A stretch of 64,000 bases of DNA, taken from assembly GCA_951406725.2 (NCBI GenBank), contig OX597817.1:930001-994000 (forward strand), read 5' to 3'. The position numbers and the translations under genes were made by a program. This document shows, piece by piece, positions 1 to 13,169 of this stretch (the stretch's first letter is position 1; the number at the start of each line of letters is the position of its first letter). The DNA is from Octopus vulgaris (lineage: Eukaryota). Below the pieces are notes generated by a model, which was given only the letters and a program-made list of their open reading frames with translations, was not told where the DNA came from and searched no databases.

Positions 1-29
1 TACTGAAGTTAATAGTGATTACTCTTCAT

Positions 30-190
30 AATTTTAGCCACTGGTCTATGGCCATGCAGGGGCACCGCTAGCAATGCTGGTATGGTATTCTTTTTGCAAC
101 TGGTATTTGTGTGAATGAAGCAGTTTGATACTGCCATCCTCACAATTTATTGTTCTGATACAAATTCAGCCATACATTTATTTAAACATT
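30..190 (-). mobile_element. Decayed 3' end of CR1-group LINE
   Basis: The reverse strand reads ...gcagtatcaaactgcttcattc...gcggtgcccctgcatggccatag, similar to the LINE 3' end at 40880-41017. Confidence 0.4.
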
Positions 191-392
191 AGATAATACA
201 TAGGAGTTAAAATTATTAATTTATTTAATAGTGTAGTAGTAAAATAAACTAAACACTCAATTCTTTAACGGGAAGTCCATGAAAGCGGTGTACAGTTATG
301 TCTTTGAATTGTGCTACAAACGAATGATGTTAAACTAGGGAGGTAATAATGTCATTTGGTATGGAGAAAAGTCTTTACTATTCTGAAGTTAA

Positions 393-493
393 TCAACTTC
401 TGTGAAACTTTATTAAATAACTCCACAGGAAACAAAGGGTGGCAAAAACAAAATCTTTTGGAGCACCACACTCTAATAAGGACTGCAAATCAG
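393..493 (-). CDS. Putative terminal exon of small membrane protein (xDLQSLLECGAPKDFVFATLCFLWSYLIKFHRS*)
   Basis: Strong acceptor tttttcatttttcttgcag. Phase 1 matches the donor at 2123. TGA at 393-395 and AATAAA downstream (~225, ~182). No recognisable homology. Confidence 0.4.
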
Positions 494-1854
494 CTGCAAG
501 AAAAATGAAAAAGAGTGGAAAGTAAAGGAAATATCACCAAGTGGTACGTTAACAAATAATTGTTTTACTCAGTCATTGAGATAGGATCGTTCGTAAAGAG
601 AACTATCGACATTTGAATAAAAAACAACACAAGTAGAAATGTAAATTGCTATTCACCAAGTCCCAAAGCCATATCATTCTCTTAATGGTATTGCTATAAT
701 CAATACCATTTTTTTAAGTGCACCAGTCAAGTAAGAGAAGTGAACCCTTGTCAACAAGAACTAAAACCACTTGCATTATTTTACGCACAATTTATTAGCT
801 CCATGAAGGTTCATTACATAGAGATATATAAGTTTTAATAAATAGTATCTGCAGTTTCATGATTTTTCGCCCAGTTTCAATTGTTAGCATTGACTAAATT
901 TCTATCACAGATTATTGTCGTAAAGCACTTCTAGTAAGATCAGCGGGTAACACATCAGCTCATAAGAATTCACTGGAATGGAAGGTAATCTTGACTACAT
1001 TATATATAATATATATAAAGCTTGTAATAGCATGTTGATGTTCGATCACAAACTCTGCCGCAAAAATAAACAGAAGCATAACTTTTCTCAGTTTTGACAT
1101 ATCGGCTGATATTCGGAATAGCTGCTTCAAGAAGAGGTAAAATATGCCCTGAATAAACTGGTAATGGCTGCGATGGGATGAACCTACCTTGTGAATGAGT
1201 CGATCATTTCAGGGATCAAGTAGAGTCGTATAAGCTGATATATAAAATTCAAATTGAGAAAGCTCACAATTTTAACTCTACCGTTCAACTACGAAAGTTG
1301 CTGAGAAGTGTAAGCAAAGGTTGCATTTCTATGGAATACATGGAAGCGATTTCTATTCCCGGTAAAAACCTACCTGCATTTATGATCGCTTAAGTGCGAT
1401 CATTCAATCTGTCAGAAACAGCAGCCAAACTTCCCGCAAATCGCATCCAGCGTCTTAAAAAATGACATATAGAATGTAGTTCGAGGTACATAATGCTTAA
1501 AATTCGAGCTGGTTGTGACTAGAATGCCTTTCATCATAGACAGTATGTTCATGGTTGGTCATGGAACTCAAAAATAACACATCTTAAAAACTTGAACATT
1601 ACTTTTAACTTGTAATGATTTATACATTTGTAATGCCAGTCCGGTTGGTAGAGACGTAAAACACAAATAAATGCCTGACAGATTTTTCTGTGTTTATAAA
1701 TATACTTCCAACTAGAATAGATTTTGTATTTCTTTCCACCTTAATAAATAAAACAAATATCGATTTATGGAGAACGTTTCAATCATCGTACAAAAAATTA
1801 TTTTATTAAAAGTAAAAACGTCAATCAATTTTTTTCAACACTCTACTGATATTT

Positions 1855-2028
1855 GTTTCAAATTTTGACTCAACACCCCCAGGGCTCAATTGGTACTTAT
1901 TTTATCGAACCCGAAAGGATGAAAGACAAAGTCGACCTCGGCGGAATTTGCATTCGGAAAATACAGCCGGATGAAATACCGCTAAGTATTTTTTCCGGGG
2001 TGCTAACTATTCTACCAGCTCGCCGCCT
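1855..2028 (-). mobile_element. tRNA-derived SINE family A (ggcggcgagctgg head; cctttcatcctttcggggtcgataaa core)
   Basis: The same sequence recurs more than ten times in the window. Confidence 0.8.
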
Positions 2029-2123
2029 TCACACTTTACTGATACTGGCTGTCAATTTACACGAGTAAATAAGAAATTAGAGGTAAAACCCAACAAATTA
2101 GAATATTTGAAATGTTGACTTAC

Positions 2124-2358
2124 TTAAGGCAAAATTCATGGAACAGAAAAATCCAATAATACAGACCGAACACAAGAAAACTCGAAAGTAGAATAAAATC
2201 CAACTCCTCTGTTTTGCGTAGCGAAGCAATTTTCTATACATAAAACTGAAATTTCGCTTTCTTATCTTTTGACGCTTTTTAGTTCGGTTAGATTTATACC
2301 GTAAGAAAGAGGAAGGGTATTCAAAATGATTTAGCATCAACAAATAATCGTTCGACAT
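2124..2358 (-). CDS. Putative first coding exon of small membrane protein (basic N-terminus then hydrophobic segment)
   Basis: acaATG with an in-frame stop upstream, 78 codons + 1 nt, then a perfect GTAAGT donor at 2123. Non-repetitive sequence. Confidence 0.4.
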
Positions 2359-3649
2359 TGTGTCAGTTCTAATTCAAGTTTATAACTGTCTCGATCTGAA
2401 CCTTTTAAAAGTAGACGAGATCTTAAATATTTCTGGATGTGAATTTATATGAATGCTTCTGTGACACGTTTATATAATTTTAATTAGAGTTCTACGTGAA
2501 ATTATCGTTTTTTTTTCTAACCAGACACAAAGATTGTATATTTTAAGGATATGATATAAAAAATTGATTTTGTGACGTGCATATCATTTCCAAAGTATCA
2601 GTGAGCTGAACTTCTGTTACTAAAAGATTTTAGATTCTTTCACCTAAACTTGAATCGTACAGTAATTTGTGTTTTCTCCTTGATTAGACAAACTTTCAGT
2701 GGTTCAAATAAAAGACGGTATAGGTCGGTATCATAAGAATAAACAGATCACCAATGCAAAAGCAGTAGGGCTGTATAATTGTGTTTACAATTGTGTTTTT
2801 ACAGTTAGCTTACGGTGAAGAATAAGTTTTCCAATACAGAAAATTTGCTATTTCTGATAGATTAGCTTCCTCTATAAGAACAACTCTGTTACTGGTAAGA
2901 TTAACCTCTTAAAAAGATAGATAAGTTGGCTTTGGCTCTTTATAACCATTTCGGAACCACTTGAAGTTTTTAAGAAGATAAAGAGAAAGAAAAATAAGAA
3001 AAATAAAGACAAAAACATGTTGGAATAGAAGACAAATGTTTGTGATTCGTTATCACTGGTTGATATTCATGTCCATCCTGTCGTTGTTTTGCTTGGATTC
3101 AGATCATCTCTGACTGAGTAGACCTTTGAGCAAAGGCGTTCCAGCCATGACTATTTGGTCCTTCACCCCGGTATAGCATATCGAGAGAACATCATTCGTT
3201 GTTTTCCCTTCTTTTTCATACGGTAGGGCGTATATTGAGGAAATTTGGTTGCCGTTCCCAGCTTTTCGAGAGGCTGCAGATTGTCTCTATCACTTAGAGT
3301 TATAGCAGTAAACATGTAAGGCCGTGTTATATTTTATTTTTATCACATTTCAAAACCAAGGGTGATTCCAAACCAAGCACTGGGAGTCTAGTATCATCCT
3401 TGCTTATAGCGATCAGCACACAAATTTATTCTGTATACGAAAGTAATTCTATATATTGGATGTTTTCTGTAATGTATTTGCGAATTTCTTAGTGAACTAA
3501 CATGCAAAATTTATTCTCTCAATCTGACTGAGGTATTGTGCTTCTGGTTTCACTGGAGGTGAATGATCCTGCGCTAGGTTGAAATCGCGATTCTTCGGGT
3601 GTTAGATTGCATTTTCTCTATTAGAGTTATAACATCAAGAAAGAAAGAA

Positions 3650-4200
3650 ACGGGGGTGGGGGAATCAGGTGTGCTGTTGGCTTCTTTTACTGCAATATAT
3701 TCGATCACAGGAGATACTAATATCAATCAACAGACTTTATTATTTTTCTCTTTTACATCAATATCCTCTTCATTAGCTTTGATGGCTCCTTCTGTATGTA
3801 CAGAAATGTCTCAAAGAAGGATTTCCTTTTCTCCCTCATTTACAGCCTCAGAGTGATACCCTACCACCTGTCAACAGTTTTGAATTTATAATGCTGACAT
3901 ATTAATCAGTGTAGATATCAACCAAATCAATCATGACTGGAGCTAAAATTTTACATCCAGAAGTTAAATGGTCAACTGTCACAATCTCATCATTGCAGAT
4001 TCAGCTATTTGGATCGACTCTATTTTTTATCACATTGACTTGGAGGTTTTGGATCAATAATCTTTGATCTTGAGCTGCTAAGATGAAGCCTTCACTCTCT
4101 GCCTTTAGCACTGAGCTTCGTAGCCATTGATAGGTGGGGTTCTGTCAACAACAGCTTGTTTACTACGGGTCACATATTTGCCATGAACAAGGGATCCTCC
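3650..4200 (-). mobile_element. Decayed R4/Dong-type RLE non-LTR fragment
   Basis: The reverse strand encodes HGKYVTRSKQA...WLRSSVLKAESEGFILAAQDQ, homologous to the ORF at 33979-35274. It abuts (TTA)n at 4207-4238. Confidence 0.8.
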
Positions 4201-4205
4201 TCCTG

Positions 4206-4239
<34 letters not shown>

Positions 4240-4247
4240 TTTGTAGA

Positions 4248-4450
4248 GAAGGTGGCGAACCGGCAGAATTGTTTGCGCGCCGTGCAAAATGTTTAGCGAC
4301 ATTTCGTCCTTCTTTACGTTCTGAGTTCAAATTCCGCCGGGGTTGACTTTGCCTTTCAGCATTTCGGGGTCAATAAATTAAGTACCAGTGAAATACTGGG
4401 TCGATGTAATCGACTTCCCCCTTCCCAAAATTGTGCCTTTAGCAAAAAGG
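4248..4450 (+). mobile_element. SINE family A
   Basis: Head ggtggcgaaccggcagaa, B-box-like gagttcaaattcc, and core. Confidence 0.8.
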
Positions 4451-4479
4451 ACTATAACATATAGGATAATTATCTTTTA

Positions 4480-4936
4480 CCTTTTACTTGTTGCAGTTAT
4501 TAGACTACGGCTACGCTGGGGAAATACCTTGAAGGATCCAGTCCAGCCATCGGCAACCATTTTTGAGAAGCGAGCCGCATGAGACATCGTTCTTCATCAG
4601 TTTGTTTGCAGTGAAGGCTAACAATACTGAAGTAAAAAATTTTTTGTTGAAGGTGCCATTTACAAAGTTACTCGGGCCGCATTTACTCTTGACTGGTTTA
4701 GTCAAATAAATCGATCCCAGGACTTAGGTTTTAAGCCAGGTACTTATTCTATAAGCGTCTTCCGCCGAACAGCTTGACACCAGTGATGTCGCAACTCATT
4801 TCTACAGCTGAGTTAACTGGAGCAACGTGAAATAAAGTGTCTTGCTTAAGAACACAACACGCAGCCCGGTCCGGGAATCGAACTCACAACCTTACGATCG
4901 TAAGCTCGACGCTCTAACCACTGAGCCATGCGCCTT
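4480..4936 (-). mobile_element. SINE fragments (family B tail and family C-type tRNA head)
   Basis: The reverse strand shows ggcgcatggctcagtggttagag...gttcgattccc (A/B boxes) and tail motifs shared with 56850-57045. Confidence 0.65.
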
Positions 4937-4954
4937 CACATACTACAAATAGCA

Positions 4955-5249
<295 letters not shown>

Positions 5250-5404
5250 AACGGGCTTGATTCACTTTCTATCTACCAAATCCTTTGGTCCGCTCGCCGG
5301 GGCTATAGCAGAAGACACATGCTGAGCAATAGGATTGAAGCCAACATCATATGACTGGCGAGCAAGCTTCTCAAACTATACATACACGTTCAACCAAAAT
5401 ATTC

Positions 5405-5800
5405 GTTTCTATTCTAGGCAAAAGGCCCGAAAATTTGGGGGAGCGGGCCAGTCGATTAGGTCAGCCCCAGTACGCAACTAGTACTTAATTTATCGACCCC
5501 GAAAAGATGAAATGCAAAGTCGACCTCGGCGGAATTTGAACTCAGAACGTAAAGACAGACTAAATACCTATTTCTTTACTACCCACAAGGGGCTAAACAC
5601 AGAGAGGACAAACAAGGACAGACAAACGGATTAAGTCGATTATATCGACCCCAGTGCGTAACTGGTACTTATTTAATCGACCTCGAAAGGATGAAAGGCA
5701 AAGTCGACCTCGGCGGAATTTGAACTCAGAACGTAGCGGCAGACGAAATGCGGCTAAGCATTTCGCCCGGCGTGCTAACGGTTCTGTCAACTCGCTGCCT
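5405..5800 (-). mobile_element. Tandem/nested pair of SINE family A copies
   Basis: Two copies of aaagtcgacctcggcggaatttgaactcagaacgta with different tails; same layout at 62205-62637. Confidence 0.85.
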
Positions 5801-6211
5801 TTTTCTGCCAGTTCACCGACTTGTTCAACCAAAATATTGAGCTAAAATAAATTTGAAATGGCAGGAAGAGAAAGCTGAACTGATGACATTTTATAACAGG
5901 TTTTTATGGAAGCAAGAATTTTAAAAGCTCCACCCGTTAATAAATTAACACCAAAAAATTCATCATAAATGACCTATTAGTCAACATGAGTTGTGATATT
6001 TCCATACTTTGTTTAAACAAAATAGGAATTAAATAAACATATGCCACTCTCAGACACACACATAAATGTATGTATGTATGTTTGTATGAAAATAACTATC
6101 TATAAATGCCTGCATGCATGTATGTAAATACCTATCTATGAATGTATGCATGCATGTATGTGAATACGCATGTACTCATATATATATATATATATATATA
6201 CATTTACACAG

Positions 6212-6255
<44 letters not shown>

Positions 6256-6285
6256 TATATATACACACATGCACACACACATATA

Positions 6286-6644
6286 TCTTAAAATACAAAA
6301 CAGAATTTGTGTGTGTGTGTGTGTGTGTGGGTGGACGTATGTTCCTTATAGATTCGAGAACTGTGTTGCCGATTTTGACTTATGAGGTGTCAGAACATTC
6401 AGAAATCTTTCGGCTACCAAATAAAGTGTTTTTTGCACAACTCTTTTTTACTACAAAAATAACTTCAGAAACGAGGTCGGGTCTCACAATTTTGAGGTCC
6501 TTAGGTAAGGTAGGCAACTCTGCCAAAACAATCCTCATGTCTTACATAGAGCATAATGAGAAAATGTTAAAAATACATGGAGTTATACCAGAGAAGGAAA
6601 CTTCAAAGATATACGGTCAACTTTATTAATATTATTTAGTAGAT
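6286..6644. mobile_element. Possible non-autonomous Helitron/DINE-like remnant
   Basis: TC start, AT-rich stretch and (GT)n on +; TCTACTAAATAATATTAATAAAG Helitron-like 5' end on -. Pattern resemblance only. Confidence 0.3.
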
Positions 6645-6964
6645 AATGTTTTAATGAGAAATATGTTTATCTGTGTTTTGTTTAGCCCAGAGTTGCCTCT
6701 GATCTAGCAGATTCATCGCATAATTTTTTTCTTCTTCCTGAAATACTGTAAATCTGTGTCTTTCTTTTGATGAAAGGGTGGGTTTTAAGAGTCGTTTGGT
6801 AGCTATTTGTAGTAGCTCAAATTACCATAGACACACTCCTGTTTTACTGTGGTGAAAAAATTACTTTTTCTCAGAATATTTTGCACAATAATTTTTAAAG
6901 AAATCTGGACGTCTGTCTTACTGCTAACGATTCAACTTCAAATTGTAATTGTTAATTTTTGGAA

Positions 6965-7313
6965 GTAAAGTAGTCCGAGATGTGCAAGGGGTGTCACGAG
7001 CTTTCTCCATTCACTACGCTAGCAGTGCGCTTTCGACCAGCACGCTTAAATTCTTCATAGTACTTTTTTCAAAGGTGTCGACCCCCTTCCTTAACCTGCT
7101 TCCTCCATTTGTGGCGATGACAGGCATTGTTCTCCCAGCCGGACTCTTGCATATCACAGGCCTTTAATGAGGACTTGATACAATCCTTAAATCGCAGCCT
7201 TGGTTTCTGCCGGGGACTCTTTCCACTAACAAGTTCCCCATATAGCACTTAATAAGTTGTCCAGTCCAACGTAACTGTTGCTTGTGCACCATCGCCTCAA
7301 TACTCAAGATATC
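6965..7313 (-). mobile_element. RTE-clade LINE 3' fragment
   Basis: DILSIEAMVHKQQLRWTGQLI; homologous to 50266-50785. Confidence 0.8.
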
Positions 7314-7624
7314 ATGCATGCATACATACATACATACATACATACATACATGCATGCATACATACATACATACATACATACATACATACATACATACATA
7401 CATGCATGCATGCATGCATGCATGCATGCATACATGCATGCATGCATGCATGCATGCATGCATACATACATACATACATACATACATACATACATACATA
7501 CATGCATGCATGCATGCATGCATGCATGCATGCATACATACATACATACATACATACATGCATGCATGCATGCATGCATGCATGCATACATACATACATA
7601 CATACATACATACATACATACATA
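7314..7624. repeat. Compound (CATA)n/(CATG)n microsatellite in alternating blocks
   Basis: Direct inspection. Confidence 0.95.
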
Positions 7625-7818
7625 ATGAGCATGTCTAGTTATGCACTTATATGCATGAAAATACATTCATAAAACAAAACTTGCAAATCTTCATATATAC
7701 AGACATACAAAAATACCCAGTTGATGTTGTTGAAATTCCAATGAAGGAACCTTGGATCTTGGTTAGAAACCGGCTCTTTATTGGCAAGAAATCTTGAAAT
7801 AGAACTCATTAACGACAC
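7625..7818 (+). mobile_element. 3' UTR of RLE non-LTR family (same as 26050-26562)
   Basis: Shares gatgttg..gaaattccaatga.gga.cc.tgg...gaaaccggc...ttggcaagaaatcttgaaat with 26460-26555. Confidence 0.7.
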
Positions 7819-8106
7819 TCACACATGTGTTTGAGTGCGTCTGCGCACGCACAAAACTGGCTGAAAACACTTCAGCTTCTCATCTTCAACCATTCTAAGA
7901 AATACATTTACTATATACAAGGTATTCACAGTTATGATATTAAGTTTTCTAATAGAACGTTAGTTATGGAAGCATCGTATATTCTATTGGTCGTTATAGC
8001 TCAGAAGATAGGAAGTTCACTTCATTGACATGAGGTCCAAGGTGCGATCCCGATGCGTGAGATCTTGAGGAAGCTAGCGACCGATGCCGGAAGGCTGTCA
8101 CGAGAT

Positions 8107-8192
8107 AGGGTTAGGGTTAGGGTTAGGGGTTAGGTTTAGGGTTCGGGGTTAGGCTTAGGGTTAGGGTTTAGGGTTAGGGTTAGAGTTAGGGA
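8107..8192 (+). repeat. Interstitial telomeric repeat (TTAGGG)n, degenerate, about 14 units
   Basis: Direct inspection. Confidence 0.9.
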
Positions 8193-8874
8193 TAAATTAA
8201 GTACCAGTTACGCACGCACGCACTCGTGTCGATAGAATCGACTTAATACTTTTGTCTCTCATGCTTTGTCCCCTCTGTGTTTTGCCCCTTGCCGGAACAA
8301 ATTTACACAAAAAGTAAATAAACCAGAAATGGGGGATCAATGTTTCATCGTTTCGAGGTCAATAAATTAAGTACCAATTACGCACTGGTGTCGAGGATTT
8401 TTTTCTCAATTATTATCACAGCCTCCGACAAGCTGGGGCATCCTTTTCTGAAAAAATATTTCGCAAATTTTTACAATACGACCCACACTCCACGCACCCT
8501 CATATCCCACTCTAGACCGATTTAGGCATATTATTGTTTTGTCTTTGTTGTTTTTGGCCCTTCAAAACCATGGGAGAAGCCTTTTTGGTAAAAAAAAATA
8601 AAGAAAATATTCAAAAAATATCGTTAATATTTTTATTGGGCGACAAAATTCATCGATTTAAGAGATATGGCTGTTGTTTCTAGCACATGCCAACACAACT
8701 CGTTTGTTTATCAATATCGATAACGAATTGCTGCCGTTGTTTAGATCGATAACAAATCTGTCTTCGATCTGTCTCTCACACACACTCCAGCCTTCACAAA
8801 CATATTTTCCAAGACACAAGGCCTTTCTAGATTAGGAGTATAATAAAATATAAATTCCATTTGAACACGCTTTC

Positions 8875-9146
8875 CGCATATCTTTTATAAATAGCTGTTT
8901 ACGTAACAGTGACAGGATGTTGTCTCAGTTTTTAGACGCAGCAAATGATTTCAGCTCAAAAGAGAGCATAGGATTGGTTAAAATTCGAAAAATTAAACTA
9001 CGTTAAACAAACGAATTACAAATTTATCAAAAAAGCCAAGTGAAAATAATGTTTTCTTTTGACACATTCTACCAGTATACGAAGTTTTAAAGTGTTTAGT
9101 TAACTAGAAATTGTGTTGAAATCTGGCCATCAAAAGGAAAAGATCC
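8875..9146 (+). mobile_element. Partial MITE related to 41417-41853
   Basis: Shares acacattctaccagtatacgaagttt and the terminal gaaaagatcc. Confidence 0.65.
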
Positions 9147-9352
9147 GAAGAAACCCATCAGAGGGATTCTACCCGCAATTCAAAGATCTAACCGAGTTAC
9201 ATTGTGTCCTGCTGCTTCTACATGAGAATTATGTTGAGGTTGCACTTGTTTGTGGAATACTGAACCACATTGCATGCTAATTCAATGAGTAGGTCGCTTA
9301 TTTGATAGACATCTGGACGCTCACTCATGGAAATCGACGGGAGAGCCATCTG

Positions 9353-9427
<75 letters not shown>

Positions 9428-10070
9428 CGTGCGTGCGTGTGTGTGTGTGTGTATGTGTGTCTGTGTCTCTGTGTGTGTATGTGTGTGTGTATGTGCGCGT
9501 TATGTATGTGTGTGCGTTTATGCGTGTGAGAGAGTGCGTTTTTATGTATGTGTGATTGTGTCAATAAGTGTAACATTTCTCCGGGCGAAACATTATTATA
9601 TGTAGACAGCGTACCTGAAACAACCCCCGGTCAGGAGTAGGAATGGTCTGGACAATAAGAGGATACTATTGGTCAGACCATTCTTACTCCCGATCCGGGG
9701 TTGTTTCAGGAACGCTGCCTACATATAAGGATAAGTAAAATACATATGAAATCAATAAATAATAAATCATAGTCAACTGTTATTATTTATTTCTATAAAC
9801 CCCGGTATTTTGAATTATATTTCTTACATTTTATTTTATTTTTTGACCTAACCAAATTGCTCATATAGTTATTATACATCTAACCCACGCCTTCCACCCG
9901 TATATAGAATGTAGCACCAAATATTATAACTATCCCGATTTTATTTCTAAATTCTTGTCGGTCGAAAGTTTCCCCCTGGGTCAACATGTAGCATGAATTG
10001 ATTATCACCATATTCTCACTTTCACCTTTTTCTTTTTTTTTTTTTTTTACTTTTTTTTTTATTTGCTCTT

Positions 10071-10190
10071 CCGCTCTGATGAAGTTCCGCGATTCAAATT
10101 GGTATAATTAATTACAATGATAATAATTGTTATTATTGTTGTTGTGGTTAAGGCTGGGAATCGCGCTGACAGAAACAGCTGTAAGTTGAG
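10071..10190 (+). ncRNA. Degenerate type I hammerhead ribozyme
   Basis: CTGATGA (10076-82), extended stem II cgcgattc/gaatcgcg, GAAA (10172-75), palindromic ACAGCTGT stem III and GUA site; stem I partly mismatched. Confidence 0.6.
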
Positions 10191-10215
10191 TTTCTGTCTT
10201 TTTGTAATTAATTAA

Positions 10216-10536
10216 TGATTTTATTTATTTTTATTTGAGCGCCCTTTTCAAGCCTTGCCATGGGCCCGGTTTCCCGGTTTCTATGACGTATGTGTCCCCC
10301 ACCCCAGCTGGACGGGACGCCAGTCCATCGCAGCATTACTCAAGAAACAGGAAGAGAGAGAGTGAGAGAAAGTTGGAGCGGAAGAGTACAACAGGGGTCG
10401 ACACCACCCCCTACCGGAGCCTCGTGGAGCTTTAGGCGCTTTCGCTCAATAAACACACACAACGCCCGGTCTGGGAATCGAAACCGCGATCCTCCGACCG
10501 CGAGTCCGCTGTCCTAACTGGGCCATTGCGCCTCCG
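10216..10536 (-). mobile_element. tRNA-SINE family C (ggaggcgcaatggcccag head, ccgggaaaccgggccc tail)
   Basis: A/B-box head; near-TSD aattaatgat/aattcatgat. Confidence 0.85.
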
Positions 10537-10732
10537 AATTCATGATAATTGGTGTAAATCAATTGACGTTCATCAATTTTATCTCCGTTTTCTGTTTTCC
10601 TCGAATATTGATAAACTTTAGTTTATTCTTGTCATTTCTTATCATTTATGAGCGTTAATAACCAACACTCATGATCAACTATAAATAATACACCAGTTGA
10701 TTCACTGGATATAAATATCCCTTACACGGTTA

Positions 10733-11270
10733 TCTATTATATAAAATCCGTTCTGTCTGTCTGTCTGTGTGTGTGTCTTCTAGGATCTCGGGCATCCTCC
10801 ATCCGATTGCGCTCAAATTTGATATGTAGATACCGACGGTATCAGGGCGTGTATAAGTCTTGAAAAAAATTACAAAAATCGATTCCAGGTGAGAATGCGA
10901 TCGATAAAGCCATGGGAACGTGCATTTGTACGCGCAAGTACATCAGCTGTTGCGATCGATATTACGCGTACGCGAGAAAAATGCACGGTGTCTCAAATTT
11001 AGGTTAAATCAGTGTTTCTCAAAGGGGACGCCTATGGGTCGGTCGGACAAGTTGTTTTGAGAAAATTTGGTTTAAATGTTTGACAACTCAGAACCGTCCA
11101 TTGGACGGGGGGCGTTTTGCTCGTATATATACAATATGTGTGCGTGTATGTGCGTGTGTGTATATGGGTGGGTGTATGTGTGTATGTGTATGGATGTGTG
11201 TGTGTATCAGATAAAAAGGAATTAATCCGATTTGGACCCTCAGTGTGCGCTCCTTTGAATATGAATTAAT
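10733..11270 (+). mobile_element. Non-autonomous Helitron-like 5' portion
   Basis: TCTATTATATAAAA start, then (CTGT)n and ccgattgcgctcaaatttg, the typical architecture of such elements; 3' end not identified. Confidence 0.5.
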
Positions 11271-11385
11271 ATTACAAAATCATGTATACTTATATTGATA
11301 TTCATGAAGTTTGTATATCATCATATATTGCCGAAATGTACGCAGCTAACGAATAAATATAATATCATAACTTCTATTCTTGGAC

Positions 11386-11418
<33 letters not shown>

Positions 11419-11684
11419 TATCTGTATATGTATGCACACATACAAACACGACATTTTGTCAACAGTCATGTGACTTATAATCGTGGTTTAATTGCGTTAG
11501 TTCAAATAGTAATGCAATGAAGAAATATTCAGTGTATATTACATAAATGCGTGTCAACGTATTAAAATCTCCCTTACCTAGGCTGTCATCTGAAGACGAG
11601 TATACGTGTACCTGTGGTGCGTGTGTGCATGTGTGTATATGTGTGTATACATATATGTCTGTGTATGCATGAATCTATGTACAT

Positions 11685-11732
<48 letters not shown>

Positions 11733-11795
11733 GTAGACATATATATATGTCTATACATACATACATACATACATACATACATACATACATACATA

Positions 11796-12030
11796 CAGGG
11801 GTTAGCCAAAATAATGGAAACACCTTAAGATTCCAAACAAATTTATTTTAATATGGGGTAGGACCGCTTTTGGCAGTAATTACAACTTGAATTCTATGAG
11901 GTATGGACTCATACAAAGTTTGAACTTTTTCCAAAGGAATTTTTGTCCATTCTTCAGCTAAAAGAGTCTCCAGTTCTTTTGGTGATGATGGTGGAGGATA
12001 TCGACTCCTTATTTGTTTTTCTAAAATGTA
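11796..12030 (-). mobile_element. Tc1-like transposon 3' end
   Basis: LAEEWTKIPLEKVQTLYESIPHRIQVVITAKSGPTPY* C-terminus; TA + cagggg TIR end. Confidence 0.85.
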
Positions 12031-12576
12031 TATGTACATACACATATCACACGCGCGCGCGCACACAACACATACACAAATGTATGTATGTATGTATGTA
12101 TGTATGTATGTGTGTATGTATGTATGTATGTATGTGTGTATGTATGTATGTATGTATGTATGTATGTATATTTGTATGTATGTATGCATGCATGTATCAG
12201 GTTGACTTCACCGGTGTATTCAGTCAGTAATTCGAATACAGAAATTTGTAGATTCATAACTGGAAACCTTTATAAAGGGGAAAAAGTAGTGATTCTTTAG
12301 CATTTAGACAAAAGGTAGAAATACGAGATTAAAAAACAAATTATAACAAAGGGTGGGAATAAAATTCACAAATTATAAAACATAGATGAATAAATAAATA
12401 AATAAATAAATAAAGTGTTAATGTAAACAAATGAAGAATACGAAGAGAAGAATGGAATAAACAAAAAGAATAAAAGAGGGGAAGGAAGAGAAAGATGAGG
12501 GTAGGGAATGGAGGGAATACGATGTAAGAACGGATGGCCAGAACACATATACGAAAAACGCACACTCACTCATATA

Positions 12577-13168
12577 TTGGGTCATCCCATAAATAATGCG
12601 GTTTTTCCAATTGCATGAACTAAACATCGGAGGAGAACGAGATAAACTACCTTCATTAACTTGCTATAAAAGTAGGAACTAATTTTACCTTATCTTTATT
12701 CTTAGTACAAGTTTTGAGGAATGCTGTTCGATTTTAATAGTTATTTTTTTTCAAAGCTATATTGGAAGTGAAAAAGGAGCATATTCGGCATATTTTGCTT
12801 CATGAGTTCAGTAAAGGAAACAACGTAACGGAAAATGCAAGGAATATTAATGCAGTACATGGGGATTGGACCATAAATAAGCGCAAGCCAGTGTCAACGG
12901 TGGTTCCAGAAATTCCGAGCCGGAAACTACAGCATAGAAGACGAAACTTGTCCTGGAAGATCTGTAGTGATCGACGATACGTCCTGCAAACTCTGGTGGA
13001 ACAAAATCCCATCATAACTTTGAGGAACTAGAAGAAAAGCTTGGATTTAGTCATTCAACCATTCATCGACACCTGCGCTAGAAGTAAAACGACCATTTTT
13101 GGTTTCAAGATGAAAGGTGTCTTTCCATCTGGATAATGCTCGGCCACATACTGCGAGGATGACATGCA
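12577..13168 (+). mobile_element. Internally deleted mariner transposon
   Basis: TA + ttgggtcatccca TIR; EVKKEHIRHILLHEF N-terminus; FHLDNARPHTA catalytic motif near 13125; frameshifted. Confidence 0.85.
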
Positions 13169-13169
13169 G

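Larger units (their letters stand above)
9598..10730 (+). mobile_element. Penelope-like pseudo-LTR remnant with fold-back 5' end, split by a SINE
   Basis: Inverted repeat at 9598-9726, hammerhead core at 10076, AT-rich body. Confidence 0.55.
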
